Of a DNA stretch of 64,000 bases, positions 10,078 through 18,578 are shown one piece after another. The notes beneath the pieces were generated by a model. That model was given only the letters and a program-made list of their open reading frames with translations. It did no database searches and was not told where the DNA came from. The stretch comes from Candidatus Nomurabacteria bacterium GW2011_GWD2_36_14 (lineage in GTDB: Bacteria > Patescibacteriota > Minisyncoccia > Phycocordibacterales > UBA9973): the NCBI GenBank assembly GCA_000991405.1, contig LBRL01000001.1, positions 625,841-689,840 on the forward strand, read 5' to 3'. Made by a program: the position numbers and the translations under genes. Numbering within the stretch: position 1 is the stretch's first letter; each line of letters opens with the position of its first letter.

Positions 10078-10275
10078 TTATTGAGTTATTGTTGTACTCT
10101 GTCCTTTTATGAAAGGCTTGTCGGTGTTCTCTGATCTAGGCTTACCAACTAATATCCAAATTACAAAGATAGCTACTAGGAACAATATTAGCTCCATTCC
10201 GAAACTCATTTCACCACCGCTATGATGTGCGGGCTTCTTCTTGATGTCTTTTTTATCTTTTGGTTTTTCTGCCAT
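10078..10275 (-). CDS. Small single-pass membrane protein (hypothetical)
   Basis: 65 aa with a Lys-rich N-terminus and one TM helix (LILFLVAIFVIWILVG). No homolog recognised. Confidence 0.35.
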   Translation of the reverse strand: MAEKPKDKKDIKKKPAHHSGGEMSFGMELILFLVAIFVIWILVGKPRSENTDKPFIKGQSTTITQ

Positions 10276-10298
10276 TTGTTTGTTAAATTTTTCTACCC

Positions 10299-10350
10299 AA
10301 GGAATTGCCTTGGGCTCTCTAAAGGCAAAACCTTCGTCCGAAAAATTTTA
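10299..10350. repeat. Palindromic ~50-nt intergenic element, copy 1 of 2 (X/Y element)
   Basis: AAGGaaTTGCCTTGGGctctCTAAAGGCAAaaCCTTcgtCCGAAAAAT matches 18579..18629 with a stem-preserving substitution. Confidence 0.45.
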
Positions 10351-11280
10351 TTAATTAAATAATTTTTGATGCTTGTTGCAAAAGTGAGCACTTCGCCCAT
10401 CTAACACTTTTCTCATTATAACACCATTGCACCCTTTTCTGCCACACCCTTCTTTGTTCTTCCGGTACACATTGTGATGATTCTGAAAGTTACCCCTTTT
10501 GCCATCTATGTCTCGATAGTCTGACATGGAGTCTCCACCGAAGTCTATGCCCTTGTTCAATACTTGTTGCATGGATATGAAGAGCAACTTTAAACTTTTG
10601 TTTGGAATACTTTTGGGCTTGGACTCTGGGTGGATGCTTGAGAGCCAAAGCATTTCATCTGAATAAATGTTGCCAATACCTGCTACAAGAGACTGATCCA
10701 TGAGAACGGTCTTGATATTCTTGCTGGGTTTCAGTAATAACCTTTCTTTAAACTTTTCAAAAGTGAAACTTTTGTCCAGAGGTTCATGACCAATGTCTTT
10801 CAGATGAATGGAATCATGAATAGTATTAGTATCTAGCATTGTTATCTTCCCGAATTTGCGAGAGTCACAAAAGACCATAGACTTACCGTTGGAAAGAGAG
10901 AAGACAGCATGAATGAATCTGTTGTAAGGGTCGTGGAGCGCCTTACGCTCATTCTCATCTGGGAACCACTTACCACTTTTCTTCTCATAATTATAAAGAC
11001 CTACTATTATGTGGCCGGTCATTTTCAAATGAATTAGAATGGTTTGTCCGTTTGATAAATTGATTAGAATATTCTTGGCACGTCTTTCAACGCTTATAAC
11101 TTTCTGATTCTTTATTTGCTTTCTAAATTGAATGAAGAAGGTTTTGTCTTTGATAGTATTCTTGAACTGCTTGATGGGATTGTCCTTACTTAAGTCTGTC
11201 CAGACATCTAAAAATGAAAGATCCTTCAAGGCCTTCTTCAAACCATTTACTGTAGTTGTAACCTCGGGTAATTCGGGCAT
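10351..11280 (-). CDS. mutM: Formamidopyrimidine-DNA glycosylase (Fpg/Nei family)
   Basis: Canonical MPELPEV N-terminus (catalytic Pro2/Glu3), H2TH region and a C-terminal zinc finger CGRKGCNGVIMRKVLDGRSAHFCNKHQ. Confidence 0.85.
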   Translation of the reverse strand: MPELPEVTTTVNGLKKALKDLSFLDVWTDLSKDNPIKQFKNTIKDKTFFIQFRKQIKNQKVISVERRAKNILINLSNGQTILIHLKMTGHIIVGLYNYEKKSGKWFPDENERKALHDPYNRFIHAVFSLSNGKSMVFCDSRKFGKITMLDTNTIHDSIHLKDIGHEPLDKSFTFEKFKERLLLKPSKNIKTVLMDQSLVAGIGNIYSDEMLWLSSIHPESKPKSIPNKSLKLLFISMQQVLNKGIDFGGDSMSDYRDIDGKRGNFQNHHNVYRKNKEGCGRKGCNGVIMRKVLDGRSAHFCNKHQKLFN

Positions 11281-11387
11281 CCCATTAGAAGTAATTTATA
11301 ATTATTTTTTGAAATAAATATAGTTACTATGTTAATTTATAAAATTTATTATTTTTTGCGTACCTCTACTTCTAACGGGACAAGTTT

Positions 11388-12026
11388 TTATCTGATACTT
11401 AGGATGCGGAGGGCTTCCTTGATACGAGAGTTGGTACTGTCAAAAGTAGGGGAGACTTGCTTCAGAGCATCACGAGCTTCGTTCTGAGAGTAGCCGAGAG
11501 ACTTGAGAGCTTCGAGGATATCGCCTTCTTCTCGAAGAGCGCTGGGAGTGTCGGCACTTTCTTTGTAATTCACTAGCTTGTCGCGAAGCTCTAGGATAAT
11601 CTTCTCGGCAGTCTTCTTGCCAATACCAGAGACTTTGTTCAAGTAGCTGACATCTCCTGTAGCTATTGCCCGCTTGATGGTTTCAATAGGAGCGAGGGCG
11701 ATAATACCAAGAGCTGAACGTGGTCCAATACCTGAGACGTCTAAAAGAAGTTCAAAGAAAGATAATTCATCCACACTTTTGAATCCAAATAGATCAATAG
11801 AATTCTCTCGGACGGCTGTATATATGAATAACGAGGTATCCACTCCCTCTTTGCATGTCAGAATAGTGTCTGGAGTAAGAGATACTTTATAACCAACATT
11901 ACCAGTATTGAGAATGATGAATTTGTCGGTGGAATATATAACTTTGCCTTCTAAATAAGCGATCATATACAAATAATAGCAAATATTGCTCTTTTCGGCT
12001 ATTTCTGGTATTGTTACTATATTCAA
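11388..12026 (-). CDS. ruvA: Holliday junction DNA helicase subunit RuvA
   Basis: MIAYLEGKV N-terminus with OB domain, HhH motifs VSGIGPRSALGII...VSGIGKKTAEKI, and a C-terminal RuvB-binding domain. Confidence 0.85.
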   Translation of the reverse strand: MNIVTIPEIAEKSNICYYLYMIAYLEGKVIYSTDKFIILNTGNVGYKVSLTPDTILTCKEGVDTSLFIYTAVRENSIDLFGFKSVDELSFFELLLDVSGIGPRSALGIIALAPIETIKRAIATGDVSYLNKVSGIGKKTAEKIILELRDKLVNYKESADTPSALREEGDILEALKSLGYSQNEARDALKQVSPTFDSTNSRIKEALRILSIR

Positions 12027-12127
12027 TTTATCCCCCGGATGGGGATTCCTCTATGGAGGCTGGTGTCTCAGCTTAATTTGAATCAAAATTCTTAATTCGT
12101 AATTATTAATTCTTAATTATTTTATAT

Positions 12128-12382
12128 ATGCCAATTACAAAATCAGCAAAGAAAGCATTAAGAGGTTCTCTAGTTAAAAAAGCTGCCAATGATCGCAGTA
12201 AGAAAGCTATCAAGGAAGCCGTAAAGAGTATAGAGAAGCTTTTGAAGGAAAAGAAAAAAGATGAAGCAAAGAAACTTCTACCAAGTGCTTACTCTGTTAT
12301 AGACAAAGCCTCAAAGAAAGGAGTTCTAAAGAAGAATACTGCATCTCGCAAAAAAGCTCAGCTTTCAAGGATCACAAAATAA
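12128..12382 (+). CDS. rpsT: 30S ribosomal protein S20
   Basis: 84 aa, basic. MPITKSAKKALRGSLVKKAANDRSKKAIKEAVK ... ASRKKAQLSRITK. Confidence 0.85.
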   Translation: MPITKSAKKALRGSLVKKAANDRSKKAIKEAVKSIEKLLKEKKKDEAKKLLPSAYSVIDKASKKGVLKKNTASRKKAQLSRITK

Positions 12383-12391
12383 ATACAAAAT

Positions 12392-12425
12392 CAGCCACAA
12401 GTCGGACTTGTGGCTGATTTTAATT
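12392..12425. terminator. Bidirectional rho-independent terminator
   Basis: Perfect hairpin CAGCCACAAGTC-GGA-CTTGTGGCTG followed by a T-tract. It lies between convergent rpsT and the 12440..12775(-) gene. Its core recurs at 53245..53285. Confidence 0.7.
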
Positions 12426-12439
12426 TGTATTATCTGAAT

Positions 12440-12775
12440 TTATTGTTGTGCAGGTGTTGCTGGAGTCTTGGTAACATCTACTGTGACTGTACCTGTTGCA
12501 TTCTGAGCAGGAGCGACTTGGTCGTAGTATCTATTGTCCCATCCCCAGTTCATCATACCACCTCTATAGAAACGACCACCATCTCGATAGTCTCCGTTGA
12601 ATTCTCCCCATCGTGCACCTAAACAAAAAGCGATAATGATAACAGCGATGATAACTATCCACTTTACTGCATGGCATCTCTTCCAGTTACTGCAACAATG
12701 AGACATACCATGATGACAACAAACCATACCTTCTTTACCTTCACAACAACCTACTTTCTTTTCTTCATTTTCCAT
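12440..12775 (-). CDS. Cys/His-rich small membrane protein (hypothetical metal-binding)
   Basis: 111 aa. N-terminal GCCEGKEGMVCCHHGMSHCCSNWKRCH, one TM helix, and a Gly/Tyr/Trp-rich tail. I chose this over the antisense ORF 12410..12622 because of its TM helix and Cys-cluster organisation. Confidence 0.45.
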   Translation of the reverse strand: MENEEKKVGCCEGKEGMVCCHHGMSHCCSNWKRCHAVKWIVIIAVIIIAFCLGARWGEFNGDYRDGGRFYRGGMMNWGWDNRYYDQVAPAQNATGTVTVDVTKTPATPAQQ

Positions 12776-12896
12776 AATTTAAAAAAATAATTTATTTATA
12801 ATATAACCGACTCTGAGGGTATTATACTCCGTAGTTAAATTTATACAAAACTAAGCTTGTATTTATAGTGATAATGGTGTAAATTGGTAACGTATT

Positions 12897-12968
12897 GGTC
12901 CCGTCGTTCAATGGATAGGACGTAACTTTGCGGAAGTTATGATGCAGGTTCGATTCCTGCCGGGACCA
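12897..12968 (+). tRNA. tRNA-Arg; anticodon reads as GCG, which is unusual
   Basis: Cloverleaf with acceptor GGTCCCG/CGGGACC, D-arm GTTCAATGGATAGGAC, anticodon stem TAACT/AGTTA, loop TTGCGGA and T-arm GCAGGTTCGATTCCTGC. The fold is solid; the anticodon assignment should be confirmed. Confidence 0.75.
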
Positions 12969-12969
12969 C

Positions 12970-13008
12970 AATAATAAAAGCCAGATTTATCTGGCTTTTA
13001 TTATTGTT
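12970..13008. terminator. Terminator hairpin downstream of tRNA-Arg (bidirectional)
   Basis: AATAATAAAAGCCAGA-TTTAT-CTGGCTTTTATTATT. It lies between the tRNA and the convergent gene ending at 13010. Confidence 0.6.
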
Positions 13009-13009
13009 T

Positions 13010-13480
13010 CTAAAATCCAATCTTCTCCATGAACTTCATGGATTTATTTTCTTCAAGCTCTATGTTGGGAATTACTTTTAGGAGAGATTCTTTTACGGAT
13101 TGAACTTGATCTAAAGGTAGGGGAATAGTGTAAATAGGGAGTAAGTACTTGTTGAGCTCTATTAGAAGGAGGGCGTAATCATCTTCCTTCTTGATATGGA
13201 AACCTTTCACATTTTTCCATACATATTTTTCTTTGCCTAAAGTGATACCATTTGTATCTATGACGAAGTGGACTTCTTGTGGATGGCGGACAGAGAAGAG
13301 AATAAGTGAGGCACCTCCGACAAGGATAAATACAGCAAACAAATAATTGGCAAGCCAGAGGGCAATACCACATATTACTATAGTGCCAAGTCCGATAGCC
13401 CAAAGAAAGTCTATACTTTTCTCTTTGTGATTATACTCAGGTGCTGACCACTCTATTTTGTCTATAATTATTTCTTCCAT
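13010..13480 (-). CDS. Hypothetical membrane protein
   Basis: 156 aa with two adjacent TM helices after a short N-terminus. No family recognised. Confidence 0.5.
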   Translation of the reverse strand: MEEIIIDKIEWSAPEYNHKEKSIDFLWAIGLGTIVICGIALWLANYLFAVFILVGGASLILFSVRHPQEVHFVIDTNGITLGKEKYVWKNVKGFHIKKEDDYALLLIELNKYLLPIYTIPLPLDQVQSVKESLLKVIPNIELEENKSMKFMEKIGF

Positions 13481-13572
13481 GATTTCATTATACCCTGTAG
13501 TGAAGTTTTTCTCAAACTCTACTACGGGGTTATACTACTTTCCAGCCTTTTCGGCTGCCGCCCTCGAGGCGA

Positions 13573-14727
13573 CTATCTTTTTGATAAAGAAACTACTGCT
13601 TTATACACAGCCTTGCCCGCATTCTTGTCAAACATGCTTGGAATTATGTTTTCCCTCGTTGGTTTCCTGACAGCATTGGCTAAAGCAATAGCAATCTTCA
13701 CAAATATCTTATTTTCAAATTGAGGAATTTTTTTATCTAGCATTGCCTTGAAAGCATTAGGGAATACAAGTGAATTGTTGATCTGATTTGGATAGTCTGA
13801 TCGGCCGGTGGCTACTATGAAAGCACCAGCTTTGTGGGCCTCTTCGGGCATGATCTCCGGGGTAGGGTTGGCAAGAGTGAAGATTATAGGCTTACTTGCC
13901 ATACTCTCTATCATTTCTCTCGTAAGAGTCTTAGGCTCTGAAAGACCTATGAATACATCTACATCTATAAGAGCGTCGGCTAGAGTGCCAGACCTCTCTT
14001 TGATAGTACTTCCTTTTAGTAATTCCTCCTTCTCTTTATTTAAATCTGTTCGTTTCCTATTGATGATACCTTTGCTATCACAGAAGATTGTATTGGTAAT
14101 ACCATAAGTGTGTAGAAGTCTACCAGTTGCAACGCCTGCCGACCCAACTCCAGCAATAACGACTTTCGCATTTTCTTTTTTAATTTTTACTAATTTAAGA
14201 GCATTGATAAGAGCAGAGAGAGTGACAGTAGCGGCACCCCACTGGTCGTCGTGCATGACGGGGATGTTTAATTCTTTCCTCATCCTCTCCTCAATTTCGA
14301 AACATCGTGGAGCGGAAATATCTTCTAGGTTGATTCCTCCAAAGACTGGAGCAATCTGCTTCACAGCTTTGATAATTTCTTCTGTGTCTTGTGTATCTAG
14401 ACAAATAGGGAAGGCATCTACTCCTCCGAAATTTTTAAAAATAGCAGCTTTGCCTTCCATGACAGGAATTGCAGATAGAGGACCTAGATTACCAAGTCCA
14501 AGTATGGCTGAACCGTCGGTAACTATAGCCACGGTATTCTTCTTCAAGGTATAGATTCTTGCAAGCTTTGGATTCTCTGCAATAGCAAGGCTGACACCAG
14601 CAACGCCGGGGGTATAGGCAAGTGAAAGATCCTTTTTATTCTTCAGCGAAACTTTACTTACTATTTCTATCTTTCCACCATGTTTTTTGTGTAATTTTAT
14701 GGATTCTTTGTATGTTTTGTTGATCAT
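13573..14727 (-). CDS. NAD(P)-dependent malic enzyme (malate dehydrogenase, decarboxylating)
   Basis: LSLAYTPGVAGVSLAI N-terminal malic-enzyme motif and the Rossmann motif VIAGVGSAGVATGRLL. 384 aa, typical of small prokaryotic malic enzymes. Confidence 0.85.
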   Translation of the reverse strand: MINKTYKESIKLHKKHGGKIEIVSKVSLKNKKDLSLAYTPGVAGVSLAIAENPKLARIYTLKKNTVAIVTDGSAILGLGNLGPLSAIPVMEGKAAIFKNFGGVDAFPICLDTQDTEEIIKAVKQIAPVFGGINLEDISAPRCFEIEERMRKELNIPVMHDDQWGAATVTLSALINALKLVKIKKENAKVVIAGVGSAGVATGRLLHTYGITNTIFCDSKGIINRKRTDLNKEKEELLKGSTIKERSGTLADALIDVDVFIGLSEPKTLTREMIESMASKPIIFTLANPTPEIMPEEAHKAGAFIVATGRSDYPNQINNSLVFPNAFKAMLDKKIPQFENKIFVKIAIALANAVRKPTRENIIPSMFDKNAGKAVYKAVVSLSKR

Positions 14728-14773
14728 AGGTGTATTATAACAAATTTATATACTGTTCGCTTTTTTAAGATTT

Positions 14774-15193
14774 ATGCATTATAATTTATCTATGGACTGC
14801 ATATTTTGTAAAATAGTAAATAAAGAGATACCTTGTTATAAAGTTTGGGAAAATGAAAATTTCCTTGTATTTTTAGACATTATACCTATCAATGCAGGAC
14901 ATATACTGATAATTCCTAAAAAACACAATGAGGAAGTTTTTAAATTAGAAGATGATTTGTATAATGAAATATTCCAAATCGCCAAGAAATTATCTGAACA
15001 TCTTAGAAAAGCGACTGAAGCTAAAAAAATTGGGATGCTGATAATAGGTTTTGATATTAATCATGCCCATCTTCACCTAGTTCCTCTCAATAAAGGTAAA
15101 GAGCTTAATCCAGAAAGAGCAAAGAAAGCATCGACAGATGAATTGAAACAAATGCAAATAAAATTAGTGGAGGCTTTTAAGGATATTTATTGA
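14774..15193 (+). CDS. HIT-family (histidine triad) nucleotide hydrolase
   Basis: CIFCKIV...NAGHILIIPKKH and the histidine triad HAHLHLVP. Confidence 0.85.
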   Translation: MHYNLSMDCIFCKIVNKEIPCYKVWENENFLVFLDIIPINAGHILIIPKKHNEEVFKLEDDLYNEIFQIAKKLSEHLRKATEAKKIGMLIIGFDINHAHLHLVPLNKGKELNPERAKKASTDELKQMQIKLVEAFKDIY

Positions 15194-15213
15194 ATTAGAG
15201 AGAATCATTTTTG

Positions 15214-15933
15214 CTAGTGTTTAGTAATTCTGTTGAAAAATTTTCTCATAGCATTACCATTTTTATGATTAACCCTATTTCTCAGCATTGATTTGATTAT
15301 TGATGTTTCTTTGGAATAAGCTGTGACGTAGGTATTGTTTGTAATTTCTAAATTACCTTTTTTATTCATAAATAAAGCTAGCCAATAATCTTCCGCTATT
15401 CTACCCATTGGAAATTTTAATTCCTTAGCAGGATTTATACTTTTTTCAAAAACATCTAATACAAAACTTTTATCTTTATTCCAAAAGGCAAAACTTGCAC
15501 CCCAGAGCCACCTTGTAGCTCTTGGGCCATTAGAAACGCAAAAATATTTGTTAAAAGTATTTGATAAAGTATCAAATATTGTCCCATTTATTTCTATATA
15601 TGAGCCAACTAAAATATTATTATTTTTTTCTAACGTTTTAGTCATAATTTCTATCCAATTATTCTCTGCAACAGAGTCTCCATCGATACACAATATTATG
15701 TCCTTTGTTGTATTTCTGATGCCTTCTATTCTGGCGTAGACTGGGCCACTCTCTCCATTGAGTCTGATTATCTTGATAGGGTAGGGTTGTGCTATTTCGA
15801 AAGTTTTATCTGTAGAATTATGGACTACTAGAATAACCTCGTCTGGTTTTTGTGTCTGATTTAAAACAGATTCGATACATTTTGCGATATATTTTTCTTC
15901 ATTATGAGAAATGATTACAACAGATGTTTGCAT
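15214..15933 (-). CDS. Family 2 glycosyltransferase
   Basis: VVIISHNEEKYIAKCIESVLNQT N-terminus and DGDSV (DxD) motif. Confidence 0.8.
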   Translation of the reverse strand: MQTSVVIISHNEEKYIAKCIESVLNQTQKPDEVILVVHNSTDKTFEIAQPYPIKIIRLNGESGPVYARIEGIRNTTKDIILCIDGDSVAENNWIEIMTKTLEKNNNILVGSYIEINGTIFDTLSNTFNKYFCVSNGPRATRWLWGASFAFWNKDKSFVLDVFEKSINPAKELKFPMGRIAEDYWLALFMNKKGNLEITNNTYVTAYSKETSIIKSMLRNRVNHKNGNAMRKFFNRITKH

Positions 15934-15989
15934 TGGTATATTTTAACATAAATAAGGTGAGAACATGAGTATATGTTTCGAACCTTACA

Positions 15990-16128
15990 TTAATGCGGTG
16001 AGACCGTGATTACACTTTTCGAATCTTACAGATTCTGTACACCTTTCGCGTAATTTTAAATATTAATTTAAAATTACAAGCTCAAGGTTTTCTCATCTCA
16101 CACATGAGCAAAGCAGTTTGCTCACTCG
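15990..16128 (-). repeat. tRNA-linked ~150-nt conserved element, copy A (downstream of tRNA-Ser on the minus strand)
   Basis: Its reverse complement aligns with 23634..23780. A 30-nt stretch (CGCGAAAGGTGTACAGAATCTGTAAGATTC) is identical. The 8-bp hairpin TGAGCAAA/TTTGCTCA corresponds to GTGAGACA/TGTCTCAC in copy B, with compensatory changes. Confidence 0.5.
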
Positions 16129-16170
16129 CCCGCAAAAAGAAAAACCCTATTTGGGTTTTCTTTTTTTTGC

Positions 16171-16256
16171 GGAAGCGGTGAGATTCGAACTCACGAGGAG
16201 CTTTCACCCCTAACAGTTTTCAAGACTGTCTCGTTAGACCACTCCGACACGCTTCC
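16171..16256 (-). tRNA. tRNA-Ser, anticodon TGA (type II with long variable arm)
   Basis: The reverse complement gives acceptor GGAAGCG, anticodon stem ACAGT/ACTGT with loop CTTGAAA, a long variable arm, T-arm GTGAGTTCGAATCTCAC and discriminator G. Confidence 0.85.
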
Positions 16257-16266
16257 GAGTATTACA

Positions 16267-16782
16267 CTACCTTATTTTCATTTTTTTTTCAAGTATTGTT
16301 TTCATCCAACTTTTTTCTAAAAGATGCTCTTCGTAATGGCAATTTGGACAAATTATTTCCAAGTTTTCAGTGCTATTATCTGACCTCTTTCTGTTTTTAT
16401 GATGAACTTGTAATATTTCATATTTATTGTAACCACAGCGTTCACAATTTTTTCCTCTTTCTTCTAATAATCTTAATTTTAGAATTCTCAATGTTCTCGC
16501 TTTATCTTTAGGTCTTCCGATTTTATATTTTATTCCCGTTCTATATTTATTTGAACAACTTCTGCTACAAGTTTTTTTATTTAAACCAGCCAAAATTAAT
16601 TTACCACAAACAACACAAGGACTTTCTTTTCTACAAGAGAGTCCATAACAATTCATACTACAAAAGACCTTTCCTTTGCTCTTATCTATTTCAAAAGGTC
16701 TTCTATAAATAGGGGATTTGCAGATTGTACATTTGGTATTAGGATTTCTTTTATACTCAGCCACTAATCCAGTATACCACAA
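16267..16782 (-). CDS. HNH endonuclease (stand-alone, Cys-rich)
   Basis: CERCGY...LQVHHKNR...NLEIICPNCH HNH motif plus several N-terminal CxxC pairs. It lies immediately upstream of tRNA-Ser on the same strand. Confidence 0.7.
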   Translation of the reverse strand: MWYTGLVAEYKRNPNTKCTICKSPIYRRPFEIDKSKGKVFCSMNCYGLSCRKESPCVVCGKLILAGLNKKTCSRSCSNKYRTGIKYKIGRPKDKARTLRILKLRLLEERGKNCERCGYNKYEILQVHHKNRKRSDNSTENLEIICPNCHYEEHLLEKSWMKTILEKKMKIR

Positions 16783-16790
16783 TAAATTCT

Positions 16791-16816
16791 AAAAACAGAC
16801 CACTTGGTCTGTTTTT
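16791..16816. terminator. Bidirectional terminator hairpin
   Basis: AAAAACAGACCA-CTTG-GTCTGTTTTT between convergent minus-strand genes. Confidence 0.6.
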
Positions 16817-16820
16817 AGAA

Positions 16821-17048
16821 TTATATCTTAGTCTTAAATACTCTGAAGAAATCTTTGGGTGTTCTTTTGGCGATGTAGAAGATATAGAATATATCTAGTA
16901 TTGCAAAAGTGTTTAATACCAAGAGAGCTATGAACCAACGTTTGTGTCCATTGTGTGATGCTGTCCACAAAGAATAGCCTTTCCATGGCAATACCCATAA
17001 AACTGCTAATACTATTAACTTGGGATCCATTTGTAAGAATTGTTCCAT
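16821..17048 (-). CDS. Small membrane protein (PLDc_N-like two-TM domain, hypothetical)
   Basis: 75 aa, two TM helices, W/K/Y-rich pattern LWVLPWKGYSLW...IFYIFYIAKR. Confidence 0.4.
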   Translation of the reverse strand: MEQFLQMDPKLIVLAVLWVLPWKGYSLWTASHNGHKRWFIALLVLNTFAILDIFYIFYIAKRTPKDFFRVFKTKI

Positions 17049-17101
17049 GAGTATATTTTATCAAGAATACCATTTTACTGCAATTGTGGTAATCTATATG
17101 T

Positions 17102-17524
17102 ATGAGACATTTAGGTATTGATTATGGTTCAAAGAGGGTTGGAGTAGCTATCTCTGACGATGAGGGGAATATTGCCTTCCCTTATAAAATTGTCCCAAAC
17201 AATATGGAACTTCTGGATACTATCCACAATATTTGTGGGACCGAGGAAGTTGGGGCTATTGTACTAGGAGAGTCACATGATTTGAGTGGCAAGCCCAACA
17301 AGATAATGGGAAGTATAGAAGAATTTAAGAGAAATATTGAAGCTGAGCTCGAACTACCAGTTTACTTCCAGAAAGAATTCATGACGACAGTAGAGGCAAG
17401 AGGAAGGGGAGGTAAGGAAATAAATAATGCAAAGAAAGTAGGTATGGGTAAACAAGTCGGAGCTGATGCCTCTGCCGCAGCACTAATACTGCAGAGGTAT
17501 TTAGACAAGAAGAACCAGAAATAA
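17102..17524 (+). CDS. ruvX: Holliday junction resolvase-like RNase RuvX/YqgF
   Basis: MRHLGIDYGSKRVGVAISD N-terminus (catalytic Asp) and RNase H-like fold length. The trailing region carries an AACGGCCGTT palindrome. Confidence 0.85.
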   Translation: MRHLGIDYGSKRVGVAISDDEGNIAFPYKIVPNNMELLDTIHNICGTEEVGAIVLGESHDLSGKPNKIMGSIEEFKRNIEAELELPVYFQKEFMTTVEARGRGGKEINNAKKVGMGKQVGADASAAALILQRYLDKKNQK

Positions 17525-17614
17525 TTAATAAAATTCACATGCAACACTTAGTAACGGCCGTTTGTATCTGTTACAAATAAAAACAACATCTTTCCTTTTG
17601 AGATTGATGCTGTT

Positions 17615-18118
17615 TCAGAAGATATTCTTCAAAAATCCCCATAATGAGAATCCAGTTAATACGATAATATTCCAATAAATACTTTTTACAATTATATTTA
17701 GTAAAAAATAATAAATTACATTTTTTCCACTAAATCCATTGTACATATGGAATCCATCTCTCATGTAAAGGACACCTAATCCTGGGTTTTTAAAAGAAAG
17801 TAAAAAAATCAATTTCTTCCTATTGTTTTCTGATTTCTTTACTATAAACTTTATAAGCTTATTCCACTCCTCAATCTTATGGTGATTGAATTGAGCTTCT
17901 TTTAGAGATTCCATCATTATGCAGTCAGTTTTATATTTATCATATAATCTTACTGTTATAACGCCTTTGATAATATAAATTGCAGTAATTATTATAATAC
18001 TTTTTATGAATCCCAATTCAAATATTATAATAGGGGTCAAAATATCATCTATAGATTCCTTAATACTTAAATTAATAAGGAAAATAGAGCTAAATCTAAG
18101 GACTTTTCTTTTTTCCAT
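17615..18118 (-). CDS. Hypothetical membrane protein
   Basis: 167 aa, several TM segments, no recognised motif. Confidence 0.4.
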   Translation of the reverse strand: MEKRKVLRFSSIFLINLSIKESIDDILTPIIIFELGFIKSIIIITAIYIIKGVITVRLYDKYKTDCIMMESLKEAQFNHHKIEEWNKLIKFIVKKSENNRKKLIFLLSFKNPGLGVLYMRDGFHMYNGFSGKNVIYYFLLNIIVKSIYWNIIVLTGFSLWGFLKNIF

Positions 18119-18202
18119 TATTAAGGTTTTAGAGTTTCGGTTTTAGTCTAGCACAAATAGAATATTTTGCATCAACAGGTTTTTGAAGTATAGTGTATAT
18201 AT

Positions 18203-18556
18203 ATGGAATATGTATCATACGAAGAATTTAAGAAAATGGATATAAGATTAGGGACTATACGCGAAGTAGAGCCTGTGCCAGAGACGGACAAGCTTTTGAA
18301 ATGCCTTATTGATTTTAATGAACAAGATGAAGAGGGGAATAAGAAGTTAAGGCAGATTATTTCTGGAATTCATGAATTTTACCCTGAGTATGAAAAATTA
18401 ATTGGTAAGCAAGTACTGTATATAGTGAACTTAGAGCCAAGAAAGATAAAAGGATTTGAGAGTAATGGAATGCTAATGGCTGTGGATGGGCTCGATGGCA
18501 AGCCAGTGTTCCTAGTGCCAGAAGTACCTGTGGGAGTAGGAAGTAAGGTTCGATAA
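18203..18556 (+). CDS. tRNA-binding domain protein (CsaA/Trbp111/EMAP-II-like OB fold)
   Basis: DIRLGTIREVEPVPETDKLLKCLIDFNE...GKQVLYIVNLEPRKIKGFESNGMLMAV. Confidence 0.75.
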   Translation: MEYVSYEEFKKMDIRLGTIREVEPVPETDKLLKCLIDFNEQDEEGNKKLRQIISGIHEFYPEYEKLIGKQVLYIVNLEPRKIKGFESNGMLMAVDGLDGKPVFLVPEVPVGVGSKVR

Positions 18557-18578
18557 TTATTAGAATATTTTTCTCCTT

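Noticed and set aside
12410-12622. 70-aa plus-strand Cys-rich ORF.
   Set aside because: It is antisense to the 111-aa minus-strand ORF. The minus-strand product has a coherent TM helix and a clustered Cys/His motif, while the plus-strand product overlaps the rpsT terminator hairpin.
14108-14554. Antisense ORFs inside large genes, for example 14108-14554, 19617-20093, 53205-53696, 59110-59715 and 51577-51999.
   Set aside because: They sit fully inside well-supported genes (malic enzyme, pilM, pilC, pgk, pilB) on the opposite strand. Their Ser/Pro/Leu-rich composition is typical of shadow ORFs.
15990-16128. Possibility that the tRNA-linked repeat is a fragment of RNase P RNA, tmRNA, SRP RNA or 6S RNA.
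   Set aside because: None of the universal motifs is present in either copy. These include GGAAAGTCCGG, AGGGTGAAA and ACAGAACCCGGCTTA for RNase P, the tRNA-like end GGTTCGA...CCA for tmRNA, and AGGTCCGGAAGGAAGCAGC for SRP. Two copies would also be unexpected for these RNAs.
17550-17575. AACGGCCGTT palindrome downstream of ruvX as part of a repeat family with 61505.
   Set aside because: The shared sequence is only 10 bp and both sites are simple terminator hairpins, so this is insufficient to call a family.
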